Shown: piece after piece, positions 1 through 8,531 of the stretch
How positions within the stretch are numbered: position 1 is the stretch's first letter
How the letters are laid out: every line of letters begins with the position of its first letter
Assembly (NCBI GenBank): GCA_964658395.1
Contig: CAZZYQ010000017.1
Span: 982-64,981 of the forward strand
DNA length: 64,000 nucleotides
Reading direction: 5' to 3'
Source of the DNA: an uncultured Granulicella sp.
Lineage (GTDB): Bacteria > Acidobacteriota > Terriglobia > Terriglobales > Acidobacteriaceae
Position numbers and translations under genes: made by a program
The notes under the pieces: model-generated
What the model was told of the DNA's origin: nothing
Databases searched by the model: none
Seen by the model: the letters and a program-made list of their open reading frames with translations, nothing else

Positions 1-68
1 GCTTCTCTACCCCGATCGCGCAGCGCAGGACAACGCAAGAGTGTAACTTCAGCAGTTACGACATTATC

Positions 69-95
69 TGTCGTTCCCGAAGAGAATCTGCCTTC
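69..95. repeat. Copy 1 of a short intergenic motif TGTCRTTCCCGAAGRGAAYCTGCYTTC with palindromic core TTCCC-GAA-GRGAA
   Basis: 27-nt string tgtcgttcccgaagagaatctgccttc matches 8384-8410 at 23/27 positions. It lies 23 nt 3' of the minus-strand porin stop. Confidence 0.35.
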
Positions 96-117
96 ACGTC
101 CGCAACCTGAACGACCC

Positions 118-1629
118 CTAGAAATGAAAGATGACGTCCGTAGCGAAGGTCAACTGGTTCTGCCTGGTGCCATCGTCGTACGCCTTCCGGTCCCACGCGC
201 GATCGAACCGCAGCTCCGGTCGTATCTGCACCGTCGTTCCAACCCAGTGGCTATACATGATGGTGTTCTCGGTGTACTTCGTCGCGTAGCCGGTGCGCTG
301 GCCTTTCTTATCGGCCAGCAGATCGCTGCGGAACGAGACGAAGTCATGTCCGCTCAGTTCCTTCTGGACATAGTTGACCACCGCATAGAGCGGAGCCAGG
401 CAGCGGTCCTGGCCGGGATGGCAGAACGCTGGATTGGAGCCCCTCTCCGGCGCAATTGGGCCGCCCGCTGCCGGCACATCGCGCTGGTACATGAAGTAGC
501 CCTCGGTCGCAGTATGGACCGTCTTCGTGAAGCGGTGGTACCAGGTAGCGTCGTACTGCTGCAGATTGTTGTACGCGTACTTGGCGGCATTGATGCCGTT
601 CGCGCAGACGTAGAAGTTGTCGTTCACCGAGCGGGTTGTGTAGTTCAGGCACGCGCTTCCGGATGGCGTCGCGTCGTCTGTCCACGGCGCGACATCGTGG
701 CCGACTGAGAGCTCAAGCTGCGCCAGCCATTGGTCATTCAACTTCACTGTCGCCACGATCCCGGTATCCGTAAATGGATCGATCACGTACAGCAGCGAGT
801 GGCTGAACATGTAGTTGTAGGGCGTCAGCTGCGCCTCGATGCCAGGAATCGAGATGAACCTTCCAACACGGATGTTCATGCCTTGCGCTACCTGCGGCAC
901 ATACAGGTCGAAGTATTCAAGCGTGGGATCGAAGCCGTACTGCCGGTTCTGGTTCAGCAGCTGCCCGCTGAGGTATCCCTTCCCGGTGGTATAGCGATAG
1001 TCGGTGCCGAAGAGCGCGGTAAGGTGATAGCCAAAGTCCACATGCTCGCGTTGAACGCTGTCCGGCAGCCGCTCCACGTAGAGCACGGCCTGGTTCAACT
1101 CGAAGCGATTGGAGTACAGATCGTTTGCTTCAGGCGCATTCGAGTGCGAGGACGTGCTGAAGTTTACCGTCGGTTCGATCCAGCCATAGATCTTGGTGCG
1201 GCCCTTCGCCCCGTTGATAGCACTCATCAATGGATAGCTGTTCGTGTCCGGCTCTCCGATCGTGGGCGATCCGCCGTAGGACCAGTCAGAATTTGGAAAA
1301 GGTGGCGAATCGAGCGGGGAAGGCAGTCCACGCCTTGGTGGCGCGGGATCGGTAGAGGGCAGCGCTTTCCAGTCGGTGCTGTAGAAAGCCTTCCATCGCT
1401 CGAAGAAACTCTTGCGGGCGACGTTTTCCGGCGCTTCGGGTAAAGTCGCGGCTGCAGGCGGCTGAGCCTCCTGCGCAGGACTTTGCTCAACCGAGCCCGC
1501 AGACAAGGCAAGAAGCAGAGCAAGGCCCGTGCTAATGTTTTTACGATTCAACTTGACCAGCCCCGAACCGGAAGGTTCTGTAACCCACTCGCTACTCAAG
1601 TCTATCCGCTGCCGATCGATTCTCCGCAC
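118..1629 (-). CDS. Putative outer-membrane beta-barrel porin (bbp2/OmpL-like)
   Basis: 503-aa ORF with a signal-like segment GLALLLALSAGS. It is rich in Y/G/N/T with an alternating strand-like pattern and ends in the aromatic terminus ...DVIFHF typical of OM beta-barrels. Start is uncertain (alternative TTG at 1551). Confidence 0.55.
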   Translation of the reverse strand: MRRIDRQRIDLSSEWVTEPSGSGLVKLNRKNISTGLALLLALSAGSVEQSPAQEAQPPAAATLPEAPENVARKSFFERWKAFYSTDWKALPSTDPAPPRRGLPSPLDSPPFPNSDWSYGGSPTIGEPDTNSYPLMSAINGAKGRTKIYGWIEPTVNFSTSSHSNAPEANDLYSNRFELNQAVLYVERLPDSVQREHVDFGYHLTALFGTDYRYTTGKGYLSGQLLNQNRQYGFDPTLEYFDLYVPQVAQGMNIRVGRFISIPGIEAQLTPYNYMFSHSLLYVIDPFTDTGIVATVKLNDQWLAQLELSVGHDVAPWTDDATPSGSACLNYTTRSVNDNFYVCANGINAAKYAYNNLQQYDATWYHRFTKTVHTATEGYFMYQRDVPAAGGPIAPERGSNPAFCHPGQDRCLAPLYAVVNYVQKELSGHDFVSFRSDLLADKKGQRTGYATKYTENTIMYSHWVGTTVQIRPELRFDRAWDRKAYDDGTRQNQLTFATDVIFHF

Positions 1630-1726
1630 GCCCTCACCGTCGTCCCGGCTATGGTCATTGCGTCGATAGCCAGATGAGAGGTGTACTTTGCATCGCCGGA
1701 TCCGCTTGCTTATCGAAAAAGAGCCG

Positions 1727-3346
1727 TCATCTCGACCGGAGCGAAGCGGAGTGGAGAGACCCCCGCATCTCGCCTCCTGACTGCCACTCTACAAAGCTGA
1801 GCCTACCTTTATCGATCTCGGAATGCAGCGCAACCGCATCTCTTTGCGGAAAGTCGCTGCGGAAGTGCGCTCCTCTACTCTCTTCCCGAGCTGTGGCCGA
1901 AGCCACGACCACACTCGCCACAGTGTAGAGACTTCTTGCCTCCACCGCGCGCCGCGAGAATCCTCGTGGAATGGTCCGCATCATCGCGTCCAGCCGCGCC
2001 TGCGCCCGCTTCAGCCCCGCAGCGTCGCGGAGAAGCCCGGCGTCTTCCCACATCAACGCTCTGACCTCTCCAATCCAACGCTCAAGCGCATCCGCATCCA
2101 GCTTCACCGAGGCCGCGGCGGGCGCCTGCTTCTCGTCTCCCTTCTGACGCATCCCTTCTCCCTGCGCTGTCATCGCCTCCGCCGCGAGCGCCCCAAACAC
2201 CAGGCCCTCAAGCAGCGAATTACTGGCCAGACGGTTCGCACCATGCACCCCGGTACATGCCGCCTCGCCCGCGGCAAACAAGCCCCGCAACGATGTCTGC
2301 CCATGCACATCGGTCTTTATACCGCCCATAAGATAGTGCGCCGCCGGCCTTACCGGCACAAGGTCGCGCCCCAGCGCAAGATGATAGCCAGCCAGAAACC
2401 TCGATATACCCGGGAAGCGCCTTTGCAGGTCGATGCCCACATGGCGCATATCCAAATACACCGGCCCGTTCATGGCCTCGCGCGTAATCGCTCGCGCCAC
2501 TACATCGCGCGGAGCGAGCTCGAGCAGCGGGTGATAACGCTGCATGAAGCGCTCCCCCTCAGCGTTCACCAGCCACGCGCCCTCGCCGCGCAGCGCCTCG
2601 CTCAGCAGAAATCGTGGCGCGCCCTCCTGTGCAAAGGCCGTCGGATGGAACTGGTAGAACTCCATATCGGCGAGTGTCGCTCCGGCGCGGTATGCCATGG
2701 CGATGCCGTCGCCGGTTGCCACCGCAGGGTTTGTCGTGTCGCTATACACCTGCCCGGCGCCGCCGCTGGCGATCAGAACAGCCCTTGCGTACACGTTGTG
2801 CACCGTGCCGTCGGGGTAGAGCAGCACTGCTCCAACCACTGCTTTCGAGCCGTCGATCTCCTCTACGAGCAGGTCAATCGTCGTCACGAACTCTAGCAGC
2901 TTTATGTTCTCTGTCGCTCGCGCATGACGCAGCAGCGACACCGCGATCTCGCGTCCGGTAGCGTCACCATTGGCGTGCAGGATGCGCGAACGGCTATGCG
3001 CTCCTTCGCGCGTCCGGAGGAGTTCGCTCCCCATGCCGGCGCTGCGGTCGAATTCCGTTCCCCAGGCGAGCAGCTCTTCCACCCGCTGCGGTCCCTGCTC
3101 CACCAGCACAGCCGCGGCCTCGCGATTGACCAGTCCGTCGCCGGCGTTGATCGTGTCTTCAAGATGCTCCGCAACATCTTCATCGCCGCCCATCGCGACG
3201 GCAATGCCGCCCTGCGCGTATGCTGTGTTCGATTCCGCAAGCTCTTCCTTGGTCACAACCAGGACGCTATCGACAGCAGCCAGTCGAATGGCCGCGCTGA
3301 GACCTGCAATACCGCCACCAACAACCAGAAACCCAACCCGATCCAT
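1727..3346 (-). CDS. nadB: L-aspartate oxidase
   Basis: N-terminal FAD fold VVGGGIAGLSAA. Motifs AAGEAACTGVHGANRLASNSLLEGLVFG and ESRGAHFRSDFP fit the fumarate reductase/succinate dehydrogenase flavoprotein family. Length is 539 aa. Confidence 0.9.
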   Translation of the reverse strand: MDRVGFLVVGGGIAGLSAAIRLAAVDSVLVVTKEELAESNTAYAQGGIAVAMGGDEDVAEHLEDTINAGDGLVNREAAAVLVEQGPQRVEELLAWGTEFDRSAGMGSELLRTREGAHSRSRILHANGDATGREIAVSLLRHARATENIKLLEFVTTIDLLVEEIDGSKAVVGAVLLYPDGTVHNVYARAVLIASGGAGQVYSDTTNPAVATGDGIAMAYRAGATLADMEFYQFHPTAFAQEGAPRFLLSEALRGEGAWLVNAEGERFMQRYHPLLELAPRDVVARAITREAMNGPVYLDMRHVGIDLQRRFPGISRFLAGYHLALGRDLVPVRPAAHYLMGGIKTDVHGQTSLRGLFAAGEAACTGVHGANRLASNSLLEGLVFGALAAEAMTAQGEGMRQKGDEKQAPAAASVKLDADALERWIGEVRALMWEDAGLLRDAAGLKRAQARLDAMMRTIPRGFSRRAVEARSLYTVASVVVASATAREESRGAHFRSDFPQRDAVALHSEIDKGRLSFVEWQSGGEMRGSLHSASLRSR

Positions 3347-3402
3347 CTCTCGATGCTACTCCGCCGGCCGCGTCGAATCTGCTGCGATACGATGGAGCTA
3401 TC

Positions 3403-4530
3403 GTGCCGCTACAATCGACCAGACCGACTTCCATCTCCCTCACAATCCCCTCCGCCAGCTACGAGATCACTATTGCCGCCGGTCTCCTCGGGTCGCTCGA
3501 AACGCGGCTCAAGAAGCTTGTTGGCAATACACTGCCGAAGCTGTTCATCGTGACGTCGCCGGAGATCTGGGGCCTCTGGTCGAAGCAGGTCCTCTTGTCG
3601 CTGAAGGAAGCGCCAACTGTTCTGTTTCTCCCGAGCGGCGAACGCCACAAACGCCTGGCCAGCGTCGAGTCCCTCGCGCAGCAGCTTGCCCTTGCCGCCG
3701 CAGACCGCGACTCCATCCTGCTTGCACTTGGCGGCGGCGTCATCGGCGACATCACCGGGTTCCTCGCGGCCATCTACATGCGCGGCATCCGCTACGTCCA
3801 GCTCCCGACAACGCTGCTGGCGCAGGTAGACTCATCCGTTGGCGGCAAGACCGGCGTGAACCTGCCTGCCGGCAAGAATCTGGTTGGCAGCTTCTATCAT
3901 CCGCTTGCTGTGCTCGCTGACACCAACACGCTTGCAACTCTGCCGTCTGGTGAGCTTCGCGCGGGTCTGCAGGAGGCCATCAAGTCCGGCATCATCTACG
4001 ACGCAAAGCTGTTCCGCTTCATGGAGCGGAACTCCGATGCCATCCTTGCCGGAGGTCCTGCCGCTCTCTCCCGCGTGGTCGCCGCCTCTGTGCGCGTGAA
4101 ATCCGCAGTTGTAAGTCAGGATGAGCACGAGAGCGGCCTGCGCATGATTCTGAACTTCGGGCATACCCTCGGCCATGCCATCGAGGTGGCAACCGGTTAC
4201 AAGCAATTGCTGCACGGCGAGGCAGTCGGCTGGGGATCCATCGCGGCCACGTATGTCTCTCTCCGTCGCGGCGCACTCGCTCAGCACGATGCTGACCGCA
4301 TCGTCGCGCTCATCTGCCGCTATGGCCCGCTGCCCGCGTTTGCGGCAAAGGCTGAAAAACTTGTGGCCCTCACATCCAGCGACAAGAAGACGCGCAGCGG
4401 CCGCCGCGCGTTCGTGCTCGCCAGAGGCATCGGGTCAACCGAGATTGCTTACGACGTGACCGACGCAGAGTTGCTTGCGGCCGCACAGCAGATGCTGGCA
4501 TTGATGAAGCACAGCAGGCAAACAGCATGA
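3403..4530 (+). CDS. aroB: 3-dehydroquinate synthase
   Basis: Motifs GGGVIGDITGFLAAIYMRGIRYVQLPTTLLAQVDSSVGGKTGVN and NFGHTLGHAIE. GTG start. Confidence 0.9.
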   Translation: MPLQSTRPTSISLTIPSASYEITIAAGLLGSLETRLKKLVGNTLPKLFIVTSPEIWGLWSKQVLLSLKEAPTVLFLPSGERHKRLASVESLAQQLALAAADRDSILLALGGGVIGDITGFLAAIYMRGIRYVQLPTTLLAQVDSSVGGKTGVNLPAGKNLVGSFYHPLAVLADTNTLATLPSGELRAGLQEAIKSGIIYDAKLFRFMERNSDAILAGGPAALSRVVAASVRVKSAVVSQDEHESGLRMILNFGHTLGHAIEVATGYKQLLHGEAVGWGSIAATYVSLRRGALAQHDADRIVALICRYGPLPAFAAKAEKLVALTSSDKKTRSGRRAFVLARGIGSTEIAYDVTDAELLAAAQQMLALMKHSRQTA

Positions 4531-5312
4531 CGACGCCGACGACACCAACGATCAGCGAGCACGAACGCTCCACCGGTGCCCGCCCCGCCGGTACGAGCGA
4601 CGAGCAATCTGCCGCCGCAAACGTCCAGCAGATGTTCGACACCATCGCGCCCAGCTACGACCGGCTGAACCACCTCCTTTCGGCTGGCATCGATCGATGG
4701 TGGTGGTGGCGCGCCGCGCACACCTTCCGGTCCGTCCTGAAGCGCCCGGAGGCCGTCGTGCTCGACCTCTGCTGCGGCACCGGCGACATGACCATGGCGC
4801 TCTACAAATATCGACCGAAGTCTTCGGCTGATGCGCCGATTCTTGCCCTCGACTTTTCTCACAACATGCTCGCGCGCGGAGCCAGGAAGTTCGCGCCGCA
4901 CAACATCATTCCCGTCGAGGCCGACGCCTTGCACCTGCCACTTGCGGACAACTCAGTCGACCTCGTCACCTCGGCCTTCGGCTTTCGCAACCTGGCCAAC
5001 TACGAGGAAGGGCTGGCGGAGATCTATCGCGTGTTGAAGCCCGGCGGCCAGATCGGCATTCTTGACTGCAACCAGCCGGACGGCATCGTCGGTGCGCTCT
5101 ACTCGCTCTACTTCAAGAAGATCTTGCCGAAGCTGGGCGGCATGCTCTCCGGCGATCCGGGGGCGTACAGCTATCTTCCCGCATCGGTCGAGCGCTTCCC
5201 CCGACCGCCGCGCATGAAGCAACTGATCGCCGCCGCGGGCTTCGAAGACGCAGCCTGGACGGGCTACACCTTCGGCACTGCAGGACTTTATCGCGGCAGC
5301 AAGCAGATCTGA
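4527..5312 (+). CDS. ubiE: Demethylmenaquinone/ubiquinone C-methyltransferase (UbiE/MenG)
   Basis: FDTIAPSYDRLNHLLSAGIDRWWW signature and SAM-binding VLDLCCGTGD. ATGA start/stop overlap with aroB. Confidence 0.85.
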   Translation: MTTPTTPTISEHERSTGARPAGTSDEQSAAANVQQMFDTIAPSYDRLNHLLSAGIDRWWWWRAAHTFRSVLKRPEAVVLDLCCGTGDMTMALYKYRPKSSADAPILALDFSHNMLARGARKFAPHNIIPVEADALHLPLADNSVDLVTSAFGFRNLANYEEGLAEIYRVLKPGGQIGILDCNQPDGIVGALYSLYFKKILPKLGGMLSGDPGAYSYLPASVERFPRPPRMKQLIAAAGFEDAAWTGYTFGTAGLYRGSKQI

Positions 5313-5385
5313 TCGCTTGCTGTTGAGAGGAACGGCCATCCATTTACGTTCCACGGTCGCGAGCGCGGCGTGCGCATCGCCACGG

Positions 5386-6183
5386 TCACTCCGACCACAC
5401 CGGTCTTCGCTTCTCCAGGGACGCTGAGACACCCTCGCGAAAGTCCGCCGCCTCGCGTGCAGTCGCATTTGCTTCGAGCGCCTCTGCAATCGCAGCATCG
5501 AGCCACATTTTGTTTTGTGCCGCCATCAATCGCTTGGTCATCGTCAGCGAAAAAGGGCTGTTCGCCGCCAGCTGTGCGGCAAGCTCTTGTACGCGGCCGC
5601 TCAGAGCCTCCGGTGCAACGACTTCACTCACCAGACCCAGGCGATACGCCTCCACGGCGTCGAACAATCGCCCCGTAAGCAGGAGGTCGCGGCTGCGTTT
5701 GTCGCCTATCTGCAGCGCAAGAAACGCGGATACGACGGCCGGGACGAAGCCGATCCGGACCTCCGTGTATCCGAACTTCGCCGATGGCACCGCTAGGGTA
5801 AAGTCGCAGATCGTTGCCAACCCGGTTCCGCCTGCGACGGCCGCACCATGCACCATGGCAATCGTCGGCTTCGGCAGCTCGTACAAGGTGCGGAAGAGCT
5901 GTGCGATGCGCTCGGCATCGGCGCGATGCTCGCCTGCTCCCTTGGTCATCATGCCGCTCAGCACAGACAAGTCCAGCCCTGAACAAAACGCCTCGCCTGC
6001 TCCCGCAAGCACGACGACGCGGCACCTGCTCCGGGCTGCGTCGTGCGTCGCGGCGATCAACTCTGTCTGCATCTCCGGCGTCATCGCGTTGCGGCGCTCT
6101 GGCCGGTTCAGCGTAATTGTCCGAGTTGCCGCCTCATCTGAGACCAGTATCGTTTTGTACGTCGCGGCGTCGTCGGAGCTCAC
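5386..6183 (-). CDS. Enoyl-CoA hydratase family, probably methylglutaconyl-CoA hydratase
   Basis: Crotonase-fold motif VVVLAGAGEAFCSGLDLS. 4-nt overlap with the upstream HMG-CoA lyase gene inside a leucine-catabolism cluster. Confidence 0.7.
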   Translation of the reverse strand: MSSDDAATYKTILVSDEAATRTITLNRPERRNAMTPEMQTELIAATHDAARSRCRVVVLAGAGEAFCSGLDLSVLSGMMTKGAGEHRADAERIAQLFRTLYELPKPTIAMVHGAAVAGGTGLATICDFTLAVPSAKFGYTEVRIGFVPAVVSAFLALQIGDKRSRDLLLTGRLFDAVEAYRLGLVSEVVAPEALSGRVQELAAQLAANSPFSLTMTKRLMAAQNKMWLDAAIAEALEANATAREAADFREGVSASLEKRRPVWSE

Positions 6184-7052
6184 TGCTTCCTCGTCCCGTA
6201 CTTGCGCGCAATCTCCGCGTTGGCATGGATCAGTCCATCGAGCGGAGTGAACTCTGGCAGATCGGCGCCGAGTCGCTCAAGCGTCTCGATCAAGGTCTCC
6301 GTAGCGATGTTGCCTACCAGCACATCCTGCGCAAACGGACATCCTCCCAACCCGCCAAGCGCCGCATCGAACCGCCTGCATCCGGCGTTGTAGGCCGCGC
6401 GAATCTTCTCTGCCGCCTCATCTGGCCGCGCATGCAGATGCACTCCGATCTCGATGTCCCCGTACGCGTCGAGCACGGCACCAAGTGTCTCTGCAATCTG
6501 CGCCTCCGTGGCCATTCCGACTGTGTCCGCAAGCGAGATCTGCGTCACGCCAAGGTCCGTCAGCAGCGAACACGCATCCACTACTTCGGACACACTCCAC
6601 GCATCGCCGTAGGGATTGCCAAACGCCATCGAAATGTAAACCACAACGTTGAGGCGTGCGTCGTAGGCCTGAGTTGCGACTGCTTCCAGCACATCGACGG
6701 CTTCCTCAAGCGTCTGGTTCTGATTGCGCTTCAGGAACTCCGGTGAGATGGAGTATGGAAATCCCAGCGTATGCACCGCACTGGTGTTGACGGCCCGCTC
6801 GGCTCCCTTCTCGTTCACGACGATGCCAATGATCTCCGTACCGTCCGGGGCCTGCAGATATTCGAGTACCTTCTCCGAGTCGGCCATCTGCGGAACCGCG
6901 GAAGGCGAGACGAAGCTGACCGCATCGATATGCCTGAATCCAGCCGCAATCAGCGCGCGCAGATAGTCGGCCTTTACCTCGGCGGGTATCTGAAAAGGCA
7001 GGCCCTGCCATGCGTCGCGCGGGCACTCTACAATCTTCACTGAATCGCTCAT
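6180..7052 (-). CDS. Hydroxymethylglutaryl-CoA lyase
   Basis: HMGL-like TIM-barrel motifs VHLHARPDEA and LGGLGGCPFA. Sits between the acyl-CoA dehydrogenase and the hydratase. Confidence 0.75.
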   Translation of the reverse strand: MSDSVKIVECPRDAWQGLPFQIPAEVKADYLRALIAAGFRHIDAVSFVSPSAVPQMADSEKVLEYLQAPDGTEIIGIVVNEKGAERAVNTSAVHTLGFPYSISPEFLKRNQNQTLEEAVDVLEAVATQAYDARLNVVVYISMAFGNPYGDAWSVSEVVDACSLLTDLGVTQISLADTVGMATEAQIAETLGAVLDAYGDIEIGVHLHARPDEAAEKIRAAYNAGCRRFDAALGGLGGCPFAQDVLVGNIATETLIETLERLGADLPEFTPLDGLIHANAEIARKYGTRKQ

Positions 7053-7062
7053 GCTTCTATCA

Positions 7063-8268
7063 TCATCCGCGAGAAGGATGGACCTTGAGTATTTCGCGCG
7101 CGATCACCATCCGTTGGATTTCGCTCGTGCCCTCGCCGATAGTACACAGCTTCACGTCGCGATAGAACTTTTCCACTGGGTAGTCCTTGATAAAGCCGTA
7201 GCCGCCGAAGAGCTGCACTGCCTCGTTGCAGATGCGGACCGCGACTTCGCTCGCATACAGCTTCGCCATCGCGGATTCCCGCGTCACCTTCTTGCCCGCG
7301 TCTTTCAATACCGCAGCCCGCTGCGTAAGAAGCCGCGCTGCGTCCAGCTCCGTCGCCATGTCCGCGAGCTTCCATTGGATGCCCTGGAACTCGGCGATCG
7401 CCTTGCCAAACTGCCTGCGCTCCTTCGTGTACTTCAACGCCGCGTCGAGCGCCCCGCGGGCTATGCCAAGCGAGAGTGCCGCGATGGAGATGCGACCGCC
7501 ATCGAGAATGCGCATGGCATCGATAAAGCCCTCGCCTTCGGCCCCAAGCAGGTTTTCCGCCGGAATCTCGCAGTTGTCGAAGATCAACTCGCTGGTATCG
7601 CTCGCCCGCAGTCCCAGCTTGTTCTCCTTCTTGCCTGGCCGGAAACCTTGCGTTCCCTTCTCCACGATGAACGCAGACAGCCCATGGGTCCCCTTGCTCC
7701 TGTCCGTGACCGCAATCACGACGGCGAGGTCTGCGTGGTGGCCGTTGGTGATGAACGTCTTGTTGCCATTCAGTACATAGGTGTCGCCATGGCGCACGGC
7801 AGTGGTTCGCGCCCCGCCGGCGTCCGAGCCCGACCCTGGCTCAGTCAAACCCCAGGCGGCAAGCCACTCGCCGCTGGCCAGCCGGGGTACATACCGCCGC
7901 CTCTGTTCCTCGTTGCCCGCCAGAAAGATGTGATTGGTGCCCAACGAGTTATGCGCCGCCAGCGTGATGCCCACCGAGCCATCGACCGCGGAGAGCTCTT
8001 CGATGGCGAGCACATAATCCACATAGCCCAGCCCGGCGCCGCCGTACTCGGCGGGGAAGATGATCCCCAGATAGCCCATCTGTCCGAGCTTCTTGATCGT
8101 CGCCGCAGGAAATTGGTTCGCCTCATCCCAGGCCGTGACGTTCGGCGCGATCTCTCGCGCTGCGAATGCGCGAAGCTCCCTGCGCATGTGTTCCTGGTCT
8201 TCCGTCAGCACAAACGGGTACAGGCTGATCTCTGCTTCCTCACGCACAAGTTCTTCGACACTGCTCAT
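7063..8268 (-). CDS. Isovaleryl-CoA dehydrogenase (acyl-CoA dehydrogenase family)
   Basis: Motifs [16 protein letters not shown] and [16 protein letters not shown]. Start placed at ATG 8268, preceded by GGAG; the ORF track extends to 8301. Confidence 0.8.
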   Translation of the reverse strand: MSSVEELVREEAEISLYPFVLTEDQEHMRRELRAFAAREIAPNVTAWDEANQFPAATIKKLGQMGYLGIIFPAEYGGAGLGYVDYVLAIEELSAVDGSVGITLAAHNSLGTNHIFLAGNEEQRRRYVPRLASGEWLAAWGLTEPGSGSDAGGARTTAVRHGDTYVLNGNKTFITNGHHADLAVVIAVTDRSKGTHGLSAFIVEKGTQGFRPGKKENKLGLRASDTSELIFDNCEIPAENLLGAEGEGFIDAMRILDGGRISIAALSLGIARGALDAALKYTKERRQFGKAIAEFQGIQWKLADMATELDAARLLTQRAAVLKDAGKKVTRESAMAKLYASEVAVRICNEAVQLFGGYGFIKDYPVEKFYRDVKLCTIGEGTSEIQRMVIAREILKVHPSRG

Positions 8269-8383
8269 TGCAACTCCTAGAATTCCGCCTGCAGCCACCA
8301 ACGGGTATCACCTGGAAGAGAGGTTAGAGCAAGGACGCAACGCCTGTATACATTTCGCTGCAGTCTGCTCAATACCTGCTGTT

Positions 8384-8410
8384 TGTCATTCCCGAAGGGA
8401 ACCTGCTTTC
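8384..8410. repeat. Copy 2 of the short intergenic motif (tgtcattcccgaagggaacctgctttc)
   Basis: 23/27 identity to 69-95, with perfect palindrome ttccc-gaa-gggaa. A degenerate inverted copy lies at 8476-8493 next to a CAA/CAG-rich tract at 8455-8479. Confidence 0.35.
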
Positions 8411-8531
8411 CGGACGTTTTGCCAACCGATTGGGCGCAGGTGCGATCTCTGTGCCGAACAACAACAAGAACAACAGCAGATTCCATTCTGGGAGGACAAA
8501 GAAAACTGGTTTAGAAGGCTAAGAAGAAAGA

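Noticed and set aside
7051..8280. Very long ORFs antisense to, or frame-shifted within, well-supported genes. Examples: 7051-8280(+), 15857-17290(+), 10873-11946(+), 1823-2896(+), 25389-26231(-), 34113-35048(-), 44995-45939(-) and 59924-60535(-).
   Set aside because: These are typical mirror-frame ORFs of ~60% GC DNA. Their translations are Arg/Ala/Pro/Gly-rich with no recognisable motifs, and each fully overlaps a gene with strong family signatures on the other strand or frame.
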